64,000 nt of DNA from Callorhinchus milii (lineage: Eukaryota): contig NW_024704742.1 in assembly GCF_018977255.1 (NCBI RefSeq), positions 107,510,001 to 107,574,000 of the forward strand, read 5' to 3'. The notes beneath the pieces were generated by a model. That model ran no database searches, had not been told where the DNA came from, and saw only the letters and a program-made list of their open reading frames with translations. Position 1 is the first letter of the stretch; the number at the start of each line of letters is the position of its first letter. Position numbers and translations under genes: made by a program. Positions 1-13,432 of the stretch are shown here, in pieces.

Positions 1-287
1 ACCATCGGTGGTCGGGCCTTCAGCCTCTCAGCCCCGAGGCTCTGGAACTCTATCCCCCAGTGCCTTCGCCGCCTCCTCCCTTTCCTCCTTCAAGGCCGGT
101 CTCAAGACCTTTCTCTTTGACCGTGCCTTCAGCTCCCCTCTCGACTTTCTACCCCCTCCTCGCTTCCTCCCCTCACCCTGACCATTTCCCCCCTGCTCGG
201 GTCCTGACCCAACTGTGCAGCGCCTTGGGACGTCCTCCCGACGTGAGAGGCGCTCTATAAATGGAATCTTGTTGTTGTTGTTGTTGT
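1..287 (+). mobile_element. Young L2 LINE, 3' end (ORF2 tail, 3' UTR, stem-loop, (TTG)n tail), cut by the window edge
   Basis: Encodes TIGGRAFSLSAPRLWNSIP, then GCGCCTTGGGACGTCCTCCCGACGTGAGAGGCGC and a TTG tail. Nearly identical to the reverse complement of ~54098-54387. Confidence 0.9.
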
Positions 288-1254
288 AGATACTACCACC
301 ATTAATTAAGTGGATCACATTACCTCAATGCTCTCATTCTTGTGCTTCTTTTTCACATACATTTGTTTAGTTTATGTAAAAAACAATAACAGCAACTTGT
401 ATTTATATAGTGCCCTTCATGTATGGTAATGTTGCATGAATTTAAAACATAATATTCTTTCTTTAGTTGTATAGGTCTTTGCCTGTTTTGGGAACCTTGC
501 TGTGTGCAAATTGGCTGCCTTGTTTCCTGACATGAAAGATGCTGTATCAACTGTAAGGATTATTATTATTGTTATTATTATTTTTATCATCATTGATAGA
601 GACACTGGAGAATAATTTCCAGTGCTCTAACAAAGATCAAAGAGCTATAGAAAAGGTCTGTGCTGTCTTGAAGCAGAGAATGAGAGGTACATAAGCAGGT
701 TCATAGAGTCGAATCTCTGTATGGTTTTATTCCACCAGTAAAGTGGACGTTGAGATTTATTGAAAGGACCAGCTATTTGACACTGATAAAGAAAGGTGCC
801 ATGAGCTAATTTCTCTTGTCGTGAAGCCCACTGACAGTATTAAGAACAGCAGCAAACATAAGTGTTTCACCAGTGCTCCCAGCACCTCATCTTTAACATG
901 TCTGTAGGAAGCTGGTCGTGAAGGAAATTGAAACATCTGCTTCATCTGAGCTAAAATAGAAACTTTTTAAAGCCCAGCAATTCACATTGAATGAACAAAC
1001 AAAACTTGTCAATGCAGCTTATTTTATTATTTACCATGTGAACAGAAATAGATTTAAAATTAAAAAGCCTCAAGGGAGAGTAGAAATCAGATAAGGTTTG
1101 TGGGCCCCCACACACACAGAGCTGTGAATGTGAGGAACAGACCTCCAAGAAAAGCAATTGGTATGGTGATTAACTCCCTTAAAAAGAGAACTTGATAATT
1201 CTCTGCTTGATCACAGAACTGGATAAATCTCTGGTGGAAAACAGAATAGGACAA

Positions 1255-1630
1255 GATAGAGATATAATCCTTACATTTGATATAGTGCCTTTCACATCAG
1301 AGGCTGTCTCAAAGCACTTCACAGGATTTACTGTGAAGTGTCTGTGTATTTGTAGGTGAGTGTGGTAGCCCAATTGTTCACACCAATATCCTAGAAAAAG
1401 CGATGAAATGACTAATTTTCTTTAGGGGATTGATTGTTATGCAGGACAGCGGGAGAAACTTCCTTCTCTTTTCAAGTGATATCATGGGATCTTTATCATC
1501 CACCTGAACAAACAGACATGATTCTGGTTTAATGTTTCATCTGAAGACATTAAACCTCTGACAATGCAAGTCCCCGCTTGAATCCACAACCTTCTGTCTC
1601 AGAGACGAGAATTCTACCAATTGAGATGCC
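1255..1630 (-). mobile_element. Old Deu-domain SINE (SacSINE/AmnSINE-like)
   Basis: The reverse complement has the Deu core (GATGAAACATTAAACC...GTTCAGGTGGATGATAAAGATCCCATG), a degenerate tRNA head and the AAATGTAAGGATTAT tail. Confidence 0.7.
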
Positions 1631-2974
1631 AAATGTTCCACAGAACACAGAATTGGGGAAGGCAAAGGGATATGCATCAAGTTTCTCATATATATATGTA
1701 TATATTATTGATGCTTTCTACTACAACCACAACTTCTGGCAGTTTCAGCACCTTCTACATAAAGATGTTCTTCCTAAATTGCCTATTAGATCTGCCATTG
1801 TTTATATTTATATCCCTTTGTTTTGGACTCAATGGAAATTGGAAACGGCAAATTAATGTCTGCCTTATCAACGTAATCCTTTCATAATTTTAAACACAGT
1901 GTTTGATGATGACTGGGATAACAAGCAATCAAACGGTCTTCCTTTAACTAAAATTGAAATGACGACAAAGGAAAAAAAGAAGACTTATCTTCATTGGTAG
2001 TAGAATACAAAATTATATTTGTATAGCACCTTTCAAGTGGGGAGGAGTATGTCCCAATTGAAGGACAGCACCTTAAATAATACAACACTCACCAGCAAAG
2101 TATTGAAGTGTCAGCCTGGACTGTTCGCTCAAAGTGTTGACGAGGGGTTGGAGGAGTGCTACCAACTGAGCCAGGTTGACTGGGGTGCCAAATGTTCCAC
2201 AGAACACGGAAGTGAGGGAGGCAAAGGGAATATTAGTGTGAAGGGAAGGGGGGTTGTGGTAGCTTGAAATAGTAGAGATGTGGGGACAGAAAGATAGAAG
2301 ATTTTGTTTAATTGATTTGGGGATTCAGAGGAGGCTCTGTATGGAGTGGAGTGGAGGAACATCTACAGTATGGCAAGTTTTCTATGAAATATAGAAGGAA
2401 TGGGCTTTAGGAACACAAATGGACTTCACATTCTGTTTTCTTATGTGTAAACATGTCGCGAAAATGTATTACAGAGGAACCTGTGAAACGGTTGTGTTAA
2501 TTTTCATCACTGAAAATTCTGCCCTTTTCATAGCTAAAGATGTTGACCCATGGTTATAATACGAGCCCACATACTGATTCTATCACTTTGTCTGAGGCAC
2601 TCAACTCCGAAAATAGTGTAAGGAAAGAATTAACATACAGAAATTGATGCAGAAAAGCATCTCATGACCTTCACCTTCGGGCACCTTCCAATACCCACCC
2701 TTCCTGCCCTCCACCCCTCCTCATCCCAACACTCAGCTCGGGCGCACATACTTGACCATCCAATGCTTTGGGATGTCCTCCCGACGTGAAAGGCGCTTTC
2801 CAAATGTAATTTGTTGTTGCTGTTGTTGAAAAGCACAATGGCCTTGACTTTGTTTATCAGGAATGTGAGCATATTGGATGTCACCTTACCCAAAAATACA
2901 CTTCACATTATATCCTGTGAGGCACTTTGAGACATCCCGATGTTAGGATGAGACCCTATATTGAATGCAAGGAC

Positions 2975-3019
<45 letters not shown>
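2975..3019 (+). repeat. (TTA)n microsatellite, expanded SINE tail
   Basis: TTA run directly after the SINE terminus AATGCAAGGAC. Confidence 0.9.
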
Positions 3020-3020
<1 letters not shown>

Positions 3021-4309
3021 ATATTTACAGACAGAAATGTTCATACCCAGCATGAAATTATGCTGGTTAGGAGCAGGTTTTAAAACCTCTGTAAACTAAA
3101 AATCTTCCAAGCTGCAGAAACCAAGTTTAAAAACTAAGTGTGTTTTCTTAAATGTTTTCTGCAATCACTTTGCTCTTGACTGAAATCAGAAAACATTGTG
3201 TGTTCTTCAGGATATGAGAAGATTTGACGAAAAGACTCAAGTAATGCGTCTGCAATGCTTTTAGCAACACAGTTCACTCAATCCAGATCATAATTTGAGC
3301 CACTGTCCCTCTCGTGGGACTTGGGTTACAATCTATCCTGGGGAGAGGATAATGAAAGTGTCCCGCAAAGGCATCTCTTAAACATCACAAGTGAAATGAT
3401 TTCAGCAGACTAATACTTTTCCCAGTCCAGTCCAAATATGGCACAGTGATTCTACATGTACTGTGAATGCAGTATCTTAAAGTCAGATGGTTCTGTCAGG
3501 TGATGGGGGAGCAGTTCCAATGGCTCGAACTGTACTGTACTCAACTTATTATTCCCATGTATGCTGCTTGTTTTATAATGTGGTTATCAGGCTGCTATTC
3601 ATCCAAAGCAGTTAGTCAAATATCAGTGATATATAAGGATTTGATGACCTATTTATGAAACAAGGAGATGTGGTATGAAAATCTGAGAATTGAGTTGCCA
3701 AATTAAAAGTACCATGATGTGTGGCCTGATGGTGGAGCAACAATATGCTGTAAAACATCATAAGATATTGGGACAAATGCCATAAAATCACAGATATATT
3801 GTATGAAATTGGTAGAAAAATGTACAGTTGATTATGGTGTTCATTCTGTTGTCAAGCGATGATACATATAATATATATATATGATCTTTGGATTAAGAAG
3901 AGGAAATGTTTCTGAATGGTCTCACCCACACTTAAGTGGCATGCGGTGACATTTATGGGTGCATACAAACTGTGAATATTGCAAGAAAAACTGTAGCAAG
4001 TAACAAACAGCTTTAACTTACCTGCTTTTTATGCCGAGTCTCATTGTCACTCAATCCAAGGCGGAGACTGTTGCATTCTCCAGCACTGTCATGAATCTCC
4101 ACAATGAGCTTTTGGAACTCCATAACTCTTCAGTGTTTTGTAAAATATATATCCTGATATTCCAACTTTCGTTATGAGTGATCAGAACTCAGTAGTTGCA
4201 AGAGAATATGTGCTTGTGTTCGTCTTGCAGGAAAGCTCAGAAGTGAAAGTGAATTAGAATTATTCTATCTAACAGAGTCCAATTTTCTATACTTGTGGAG
4301 AAGACTGGA

Positions 4310-4515
4310 ATGCATTGCTTGAGGGGCTGATGGAAGCAGATTGGATAGTAGCTTTCAAAACGAAATTGGATAGATACTTGAAAAGGAAAAATTTGCAGGG
4401 CTATGGGATAAGAGCGGGGGAGTGGGACCAGTTGGATAGCTCTTTCAAAGAGCTGGCACAAGCATGATGGGCCGAATGGCCTCCTTTGTATTATAAGATG
4501 CTATAATTCTATGAC
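4310..4515 (+). mobile_element. CR1 LINE 3' fragment
   Basis: WNAL..FKTKLDRYL-like coding remnant, GGGCCGAATGGCCTCCT 3' UTR and TTCTATGA terminus. Confidence 0.8.
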
Positions 4516-4619
4516 TGAGAGAGCTAATTGCGACTGTGAATTTTGAAAGCCTTCTCGATATTGTCAGATGTACCTTTGTCAATCACTAAAGATTATATTT
4601 TCATTATGGTGGTAATAGG

Positions 4620-4965
4620 AAATCCAACTGTGGGTTCAAGCCTCCTCTCAGGACCTTTAAATCATGGTACAGGCTGACACTCCAGTGGAATGATGGCAAA
4701 GAGTTCAATTGAGATGCTAAAACAAGGTCCCATCTATCTATTCAGGTGGTTGTTAAAGATCTCGTAACACTATTCAAAAATAGAGAGGAGTTTCTTCTGG
4801 TGTTCTGGCCAACAGTCCCCCAGATAAACTAATCATCACTTCATGGCTGTTTGTAGGATATTGATGTGTGCAAATTAGTTTCCTACTTCTCCTATTAATA
4901 TGACTTCATTTTACAACAATTACCCGTGAAGTGATTTCAAATATTTTGACATAACATCAAATGCA
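4620..4965 (+). mobile_element. Old Deu-domain SINE
   Basis: GGGTTCAAGCC B-box, TTCAGGTGG..AAAGATCTC Deu core and GCTGTTTGTAGGATATTGATGTGTGCAAATT. Confidence 0.65.
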
Positions 4966-5586
4966 AAAAATATTTTCTGGGCCTTGTGAAATTCCAATTA
5001 CTCACACACACAAGAAACATATACTGGCCAGTAAAAAAGCATCCCTGTCACCCTCGCCTTTCCCATCCTTCCCTCACGTTTGTCAGTACATATACCTATC
5101 CTGGATCACAGTTCTTGATCCTGGTGGAAAACATTCACAGAGCTTGTAGTCAAGGCCAAAGACAGCTGCACAAATTGCTTTGTCTGGGGTCCAAGAAAAA
5201 GTTGCAGGTCTTCAAATTGCAGTTGAAAATCAGTGTACTTGAAACCTAATAGTATAGTCAGTCCTTGGATAACAGCACCAGCCTGAGAGTAAAGTGTCTC
5301 ACTATCCCATAATGCTACCACGGATCTGTGGCGTGATGTTCATTACAAAGAAAGTGAAGTTGTCCAAAACTGATAGCTGAATGCAGCAAAAGCACATTTT
5401 GCTCTATCTGGGGGTCATTTGAAATTTGTGCTGGTTTTCTGGTCTTGGTATTGTTACTGGGACCTTCAGCGGAGTTAAAGTAATACGTGAGAACATTAGG
5501 TTCTGGTAGAATTCTTTCACTACGTGCCTTGAGGCTCAGCCACCTTCTGCTGTGTTGCTTCAATGCCTTTTTAAATTCTAGCAATA

Positions 5587-5903
5587 ACAGAGTTCGCTTT
5601 CTGAAAGAAGAAACGTGATTACGTCTCGTCCTGTTCTATCGTGCGCACCCTGGATCGGAAGATGACCCTGGAGGCCTCGGCGGCAAAGTGCACAGTTTGC
5701 TTCATTTCCTTGAGTTCCTTTCTGACATCAGTTCCCTCAGCCTGTTGTCGCAGGAGGTTCTGCATTTTGGTCTGTGGCCGGGACATGACCTTCTTTCTGG
5801 TCTTGGCTATACTCACACCCTTGCGGATGAAGAACCGGGTTTGGTGCTTATGGAGCAGGCCGGGATGCAGAGGATCACTAGATCCTCTTTAAGCCACCCT
5901 GTA
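5587..5903 (-). mobile_element. Inverted 5' segment of a Tx1/L1-clade LINE ORF2 (endonuclease-RT linker)
   Basis: The minus strand reads RFFIRKGVSIAK...FAAEASRVIFRSRVRTIEQDET*SRFFFQK, typical of the Tx1 ORF2 linker. Confidence 0.75.
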
Positions 5904-7190
5904 CTGTGAGAAACCCACAGAGAGTACGGCCTCCCGGGATTTCCTGTCTGACCTCACCAGGGTACTGGATGAGGAGAGTCGGGAGGGCTTAGATAGGCCT
6001 CTCTCCCTAGATGAACTAACCAGAGTCGTCAAAGCCCTCCAGACCAGTAAGATCCATAGAGGCGACGGCCTCCTGGTGGAGCTCTACTCGGCTCTGTGGG
6101 ATGTAATGTGCCCAGATCTGCTGGAGACAAACAATAACATGCTGGGACCATGGCAGAGTCTATGAGGAAAGGCAACCTCTCCTCCTTCTCCCTGCTGTAC
6201 AAACAAAAGGGGGAGAAGGAGGAAATGAAGAATTGGTGACCAATCTCGCTCCTGAATGTGTACTGTAAGATCCTGACAAAGGTGATCTCTGAGCGGATAA
6301 AGACTGTCCTCAGGTGGGTAATACACCCAGACCAGACCGGCACGGTTCTGGCCGAAGGATCTTGGACAGCCTTGCGCTGCTCAGGGATACCATCGCCTAC
6401 ATGCAGAACAGGGGGGTGAAGGCTTGCCTAATAAGCCTTGATCAAGAGAAAGCCTTGGACAGGGTGTCTCACAGCTACATGGATGATGTACTCTCCAAAA
6501 TGGGTTTCAGGGAGGGAATATTCAAGTGGATCCGACTACTCTACACCGACACCTGTAGTGCAGTCACAGTCAACGGGTACGAGACTAGCCATTCCCCATC
6601 TGGTCAGGAGTAAGGCAGGGCTGTCCTCTATCCCTCACTCTGTTTGTCTGCTGCATAGAACCGTTTGCACAGACCATGAGGAGAGACAAGAGCATCAGAG
6701 GTGTCACCATCCCGGGCAGCCACGGCACACAAACTAAAGCCTCCTTGTATATGGATGATGTCACCATCTTTTGCACAGACTAATAATCGGTCTCGAGCCT
6801 GCTTGGCATTTGCGATCGATTTGAACAAGCCTCGGGAGCCAAGGTCAATCGCCAGAAAAGCGAAGCAATGTATTTTGGAGACTGGAAAGAACACAATCAC
6901 ATACTATTTGCGGTGAAGCTACACTATATCAAAGTCCTTGGCATCTGGTTCGGAGCTGCCGGGGCATGCCAAAAACGCTGGGAGGAGTATCTAGGCATAG
7001 TGAGGAAGAAACTGGTGATGTGGCACCAGTGCTTGCTGTCCATCACCGGGAACAATCCTGTGATAAAGTGTGAGGCCCTCTCGGTGTCACTGTATGTGGC
7101 CCAGATCTGGTCTTTGACCAGGAACAATGCCACTGCAGTCACCAGAGAGGACTTCCAACTGATTCGGAGGACCAAGAAGGAGAAAATCTA
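5898..7190 (+). pseudogene. Degenerate Tx1/L1-clade non-LTR retrotransposon reverse transcriptase (frameshifts and stops)
   Basis: Motifs in order: LDRPLSLDEL, DGLLVELYSALWD, ISLLNVYCKILTKVIS, LISLDQEKALDRVSH, GVRQGCPLS, LYMDDVTIF (YMDD at 6748-6759), IKVLGIWFG. Premature TAA at 6781. Confidence 0.9.
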
Positions 7191-9824
7191 AAGTTCTTTA
7201 CAAAGATGGAGTGGGAGTTTGAGCTGGGTATGGGAGGTTACTGGGACCATTGAACCCCTTATCTGCGTCGTTTTTTGTTTTAATTGCCTACAATTCATAA
7301 TCTTTTAAACCCCGAATTATATAATTGAACAACTATTTCTTGATTTATCTTACCCTCTCTTCCATTCTTTTTCTATTCACATTTTTCCCTTTCTTGGTAA
7401 CATTCACACTAAGTATTTTTCCACATGTCTTGTCTATTGTTTGTTTTCCTTAATTTCTGATTCATTCCTTTCTCTTCATGCACATTAATCTGCTCAGAGC
7501 TCCAATGCCAGCGTCAATAATCAATTCTGCACTCCATTGCTTCACTGTCCTCCCCACTTCATCCAGTACAGGGCTTTTAAGGCCCAAGACAAATGTCCAG
7601 TAGGTCACCCCAACCATCAGACAAATACAAAAGGTCAGCCACTGGCTTCCAATTAGATGATGCCCATTAAAGGTATCACAAACTTTGCAGTCTTTGGGAT
7701 GTTTCAGTGAGTTTGAAGAAATTAGATCAATTACATTAACGCATTAATGTCTCTGTTATAGTAGCGCCTTTCACGTCAGGAGGACGTCTCAAAGTGTTTC
7801 ACAGGATTTACCGTGAAATGGAGTGACTGTGTATTTATGTATTTATAAGTGAATGTGGTGGCTTAATTACACACAATTGCGTTATGCTATTTAAAACTCT
7901 GAACCTAGCAAAAGGATACAAAGGTATATGCACCTTTGGTGGATTATTAAAACTGATAGGCTGAATCCTTTCTTGTTGCTCAGTGCAGCAATTTTGATGA
8001 TAGAAAAATCTCATTATATAGAATGTGTTGTCAAGGCCATTACACTCAGCGGCAAGATGATTTATTGTTAATAATTCCTGATTATGTGCATGAAAGTTTC
8101 ACACAATATTGGAATATAACACAATCATCAGTGTAGAACGATGTGTCATGTTAATCCATGTAGTATATGGTACAGTATAAAACAAAAGCAGTGCAATTGT
8201 GGCACCAGTTTAATATGTCTTTACTTAGTTGACTGGACAATTGAAGGGGATTTTATCATTTCCTACCTCCCATAACAAATTAAGAAGTAACGCCAATAAG
8301 ATCTACTTCAGTGAAATTGGATTTGCAAGATCTGCAATTGTCAGTAGTCTGAATCATGGTACCTCTGGTTGGGAATGCAAAGTTGTTTAAGATTGTTCTG
8401 AAGAAAATTACAGGTTTTGAAAATGATTTTAGGATTACGATGTGAAATTGCTGATGCAATCCTCAAAGGGTCATCCAGTTTTTAAACATCTGCATTTCTA
8501 GATGGGTCAATTCCAGATGGGTACATTCCACTCCTCTACCCACTGCATTTACTCAGTCAGCTCTGGCCTTCTGCACATCCCTTGCCACCATTGGGACTCA
8601 TGCTTACAGCCCTGAAACTCTGGAACTCCTGCCTAAATCCCTTTGCCTTGCTCCTTCTTGCCAGTCTACAGATCGCACCTGAAAATCTTCTTCAACTGTG
8701 CCAACAGTCACCTCCCCTCTCTCTCCCGCTCACCATTAAGCTCCTCCACTGTTAAGCGTTCCGAGATACTACCTGGGTGAAGGGTGGTATGTAAATGCAA
8801 GTTGTTGTTACTGTGCAGTGTCGATGGGTAAAGCTTTCCTTTGGACCTAGATCCCCGATGCTGTTGTCACACAGGGCATAATACTTAGCTGTGTAATATT
8901 TCAAGACCTCTTTGCAATAGCCTTCAGCAATGACCTTAACAAGATGAGTTTTGTTTTTTCTGGAAACTATTTTAGCACTGCTTTCAGGGCTAGGATTGGT
9001 GGGATGAAAGCGAAACAGATGTACCAGCACAACCTGCAGACATTCAATCCCTGTTAATACATTATGGGATAGAAATTCTACCAGAATCTAGATTTACTCT
9101 ATTAATGTAGCGTTTCAGTGCATCCAGAATTTGGCAAATTCTTGAATACAGCTTAATTGTAAAATTGTAATTGTAATTAATTGTAATTTAGTTATATGTT
9201 TATTAGTCGATGGGAGGATCACTTTCCAGGGGGTAATAATCCCTTCAAAAAAAAATAATAATTAGGTTACTCAATCCACGACTGTTTGTGTGACATTTCT
9301 GTGCGCAATTGGCTGCCGCAATTCCACCATAAAATATACAGTCAATCCACTTTACAGTATATTCTGTGAAGCGCTTTGAGACGGTGCGATATCAAATGTC
9401 AGGATTATTATTATTATTAATTTTGAAGTCAGTTTTCCATACATTCTGAAGATTTTAAAGCTAATAATGAAGCTCACATGAAGCTTTAACAGCTGCAGTA
9501 AATTACTGATAAAGAGGATCATTTTATCCCCATTTCCCAGACTTTGACAAACACCTTCAATGAACACAGGGAGCTTCATGAGCTGTAAGCTTCTGTAATT
9601 AATATGTTAAATAATATCTCAAATTATATTTGCAACGTTTATATATTTGAGATATATGATTCATTTATGGGAGCTCATTGTGACTAGCTTTGCAGAAGAA
9701 ACAAAAGTCTGTTTAGAAACAGCAAGCTGTTTTCAAACCTTATCAGTCATTTTTGTCATGGAAAACTGGGCTGCAGGTGGAGAGAGCTGTGTTGTATTTT
9801 TTTACAAAGGACCCATCTTGCAAA

Positions 9825-10740
9825 AGACAATACATTTGTATAGTGCCTTTCACGTTGGGAGAACATCCCAAGCGCTGGACAGTCAGTGTTTCGGACCCGA
9901 GCTGGGGGTTGGGAATGGGGAGGGTGGAGGGTGGGGGGGGGCGGGGGAGAAGGAGGGTGATCGAAAGCACAGTCGAAGAGGAGAGTCTTGAGATGGTTCT
10001 TGAAGGAGGCAGGGAGGGGCCGAGGTGGAGGAATTGCGGGATGGAGTTCCATAGAGTGGGGGCAGAGTGGCAGAAGGTCCACCCGCCAATGGTGGGGCGG
10101 ATGAGGCGGGCGGGTGAGGCAAACTGGAGCCTGCTGAGTGGAGAGAGTGGGTAGGATGGTAGTGGGTTAGGAGGTCACAGAGGTAGGGGGAGCCAAGGCC
10201 ATGAAGGGCTTTGAAGATGAGGACCAGGATCTTGAACTGTATCCTCTGTTTGATGGGAAGCCAGTGGAGTCAGACAAGAATGGGGGTGATAGGGTCACGG
10301 AGCCTGGTGCGGGAGAGGACATGGGCTGCAGAGTTCGGGCTACAATAATAAATTGATCATTTTCAATCCATGACTGTTTGTAGGACACTGCTGTGCGCAA
10401 TTGGCTGTCGCGCTTCGCCCACAAATATACGGTCAATTCACTTTACAGCATATTCTGTGAAGCGCTTTGAGACATCTGGAAGACGTGAAAAGCGCTATAT
10501 CAAATGCAAGGATTATTAGTATTATTATGGATGATCGCAGGCTCTGAGGGCGGAGTTGGGGAGGCAGACAAGCATGTAATTTGCATAGTCAAGTCTCGAT
10601 GTTATGAATGCGTGTATGAGAGTTTTGGCAGCCTGCTGTGTGAGACAGTGGCAGAGCCGGGCAATGTTGCGGAGGTGGGGGAAGGCAGAGCGGGTCATGG
10701 CATGGATGTGGGGTAGAAAGGATAGTTGAGGACCAACTGT
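9825..10740 (-). mobile_element. Older L2 LINE fragment interrupted by a SINE
   Basis: Minus ORFs contain FPHLRNIARL..AAKTLIHAFITSRLDYAN and KNHLKTLLFD, homologous to 54098-55240. Split by a SINE piece at ~10343-10527. Confidence 0.85.
10343..10527 (+). mobile_element. 5'-truncated SINE (3' half) nested in L2
   Basis: GACTGTTTGTAGGACACTGCTGTGCGCAATTGGCTG...AAATGCAAGGATTATT matches the full SINE at 39068. Confidence 0.85.
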
Positions 10741-11204
10741 ATAAATGGAGATCGATTCGGAAAGAGGATCAGGAGAGTGATCGCATTGGACATGCCATAA
10801 TAGAATTGGACATACCATAATACCTGGATACTTTCGGGTGATCGAACTGAGGAACATACAACAATACCTGGATACCTTTGGATGGACATATATATTTGGA
10901 TTAAAAAAAACACATTAAAATGGACATTAAATTGGACATTGCTCCTCTATCTCTTTTGTTAGATCAACTTAAAACATGGTGAACTGTATGTGAATATGAT
11001 AAGCATTATCGTGATGTATTCTTTTAATTCCTTCTAATTATTACTAACCTAAAAAATAAACAACTATATTTTTGTACAACATTTGTGTCAGTCCTTACAT
11101 CACTGCAGGGTCAAAAATTTAAATGAACTCTTTGAAAGCTGGAACAATGTTCCTCTGACAGCCTAAAGTTTAGATTATGAGGTGAATAATTTTCTTGAAA
11201 AGGA

Positions 11205-11955
11205 AAAAAACACACTGTGAAGTGGTGCATTTTGGGAGGAGGATAAGGAGAGGCAATATAAGACAAATGGTACAATTTTAAAGAGGGTACAGGAACAGAG
11301 AGACAAGTGGGGTCACATACACAAATCTTTGAAGATGGCTGGACAGGTTGATAAAGCTGTTAAAAAGGCCTATGGGATCCTTAGCTTTATAAATAGAAGC
11401 ATAGAGTATAAAAGTAAGTTATGTTGAAGCTTTACAAATCGCTGGTTATCAGCTGGAGCCTTGTGTCCAATTCTGAGCACCATACCTTAGGAAGGATGTC
11501 AGGGTCTTGAAGATGGTGTAGAGAAGATTTGCAAGAATGATACCAGAGATGAGGGACTAAAATTATATGAAGAGTCTAGAGAGGCTGGGATTATTATCCT
11601 TAGAGCAGAGAAAGTTGAGGCAAAATTTAACAAAGGTGTTCAAAGTTATGATGGGTTTTGATAAAGTAGATAGGGAGATAATTGGCAAAAGAACCAGAGG
11701 GGAGACGAGCAGAATTTTTTTTATCCAGAGAATTGTTACAGTCTGGAATGCACTACCTGAAAGGGTGGTTGAAGTTTTCAAAAGAGAATTGGATAGCTTT
11801 CAAAAGAGAATTGGATAAGTACTAAAAAGTAAAATATTGCAGGACTATGGGGTAAGAGCAGGGGAGTAGGACTAGTTGGTAGCTTGTTCGAAGAGCTGCT
11901 ACAAGCACGAAGGGCCAAATGTCCTCCTTCTGTGCTGTAAAATTCTATGATTCTA
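11205..11955 (+). mobile_element. CR1 LINE 3' fragment
   Basis: ORF 11567-11818 (LERLGLLSLEQRKLR..FFIQRIVTVWNALP..FKRELD) is a CR1 ORF2 C-terminus. Ends TTCTATGATTCTA. Confidence 0.9.
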
Positions 11956-13116
11956 AAACTGACTCTTAAAACAAAACTCCTGGCAGAGATATGAAATATG
12001 CAATGCAAAACAGTGAGTGCCAAGTTTATTTTGGATTGAAGCCCCGTTTCCTATAATTTAATGTCATTAAAGCCAGAGAAGACGCTATAAAGACACTAAA
12101 AAGAAAGGATATACTAGTAGAAATTATGATCCTATTCTAATGAAGCATAGCACATTGTCCACTGTGCATGGAATTAGTGTAGAATCCACTGCTGCTAGCC
12201 ACGTGTATGAAGTCCTCAACAACTAAATAAGGTCTCCTTAGAAACCATGGCTACATGGCTCTCACACACATACAGCTGATTAGTTGCTTGCTTATTGCAT
12301 GCTTTTTTTTAAATGGCTTCAATGACCTCTGTCTTTTAGTGAGAGATTATCCTTTTTTTCGCTCTCCTTTGATAATTGCTCCGTGCTCTGACATTATCTC
12401 CTTTAATTTTAATGAGAAATTTCAGCTGTGAAGTTCGATAGCTTCCTGAAATCAGCGATTTGGAATAGGTACTCTGTCATTTAAGTGATCGTTCTGTCTG
12501 TAATGATAACCAGCTTCTGTTGTTGGCTGGCTAAATGCTTTGTAAAAGCTAAAGCACCATTTAGCATTTTTATCACTCACAAGAGCACATGGAGTGATCT
12601 GCAGGTTCCTTGAGGGATGAAGCCTATGTATGTTTAAACATAAAATTAAAATTACAGTTAAACATACAATTCAAATATTAATTGAGAAACATTTTGTTCT
12701 TTACAGCAGTACCCCAACGCATAGTCTGGGGTCCCCAAGCCTTGACTCTTGCCAACGTGAGGCTAATACTTTCCGGAATTAGGTAAGCAGGTATGCGTTC
12801 CTCCAGGGAGAGAGTGCACATTCCATTCCAATAATCTATCTCTGTGATTTCCATGTGTAGGTGGAAATCTCAATTTGGCTTGGAAACACTTAAACATGGT
12901 GATGGGTTTCTGCATGTATCAGACAGACAGCCGACCAAAAAACAACTTATAGTAAAATCAAAAGTATTTGAAGAGACATTTGAATAACAGTGACTTTGGC
13001 CACATCATTAATTTTACGTTTGGAAGTGGTCACAATTGCATCTTTGTTGACTTTGAAACATGCTGTATTTTCTCCTCTTCCCGTTCCTTTCTCGCTCTCT
13101 CTTTCTTTCCCTTATA

Positions 13117-13432
13117 TAATAATAATAATCATCCTTGTATTTGATATAGCGCTTTTCACGTCGGGAGGACGTCCCAAAGCGCTTCACAGAACACACTGTA
13201 AAGTGAATTGACTGTATATTTGTGGGCGAACGCGGCAGCCAATTGCGCACAGCAATGTCCCACAAACAGTCGTAGATTGAAAATGACCAATTTATTATTG
13301 TTTTGGTTTTGGAGGGATTATTATTAGGCGTGTGGAGTAAGGAAACTTGCCCAAGGTTTCGCCCTGACTGGAATTGAACTCAGGTCTCTCGCTTGCAAAG
13401 CGAGTGCTCTAACCACTGAGCTACAGGACTCC
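13117..13432 (-). mobile_element. Young full-length tRNA-derived CORE-type SINE (short subfamily)
   Basis: Reverse complement: GGAGTCCTGTAGCTCAGTGGTTAGAGC (A-box), GAGTTCAATTCC (B-box), ACCTTGGGCAAGTTTCCTT (CORE-like), L2-type stem-loop and (TTA)n tail. Confidence 0.92.

Noticed and set aside
10785..10940. Short spaced repeats (TTGGACAT, ATACCTGGATAC) as a CRISPR-like array
   Set aside because: Irregular degenerate micro-duplications without a constant repeat/spacer period, in a eukaryotic context with no cas genes.
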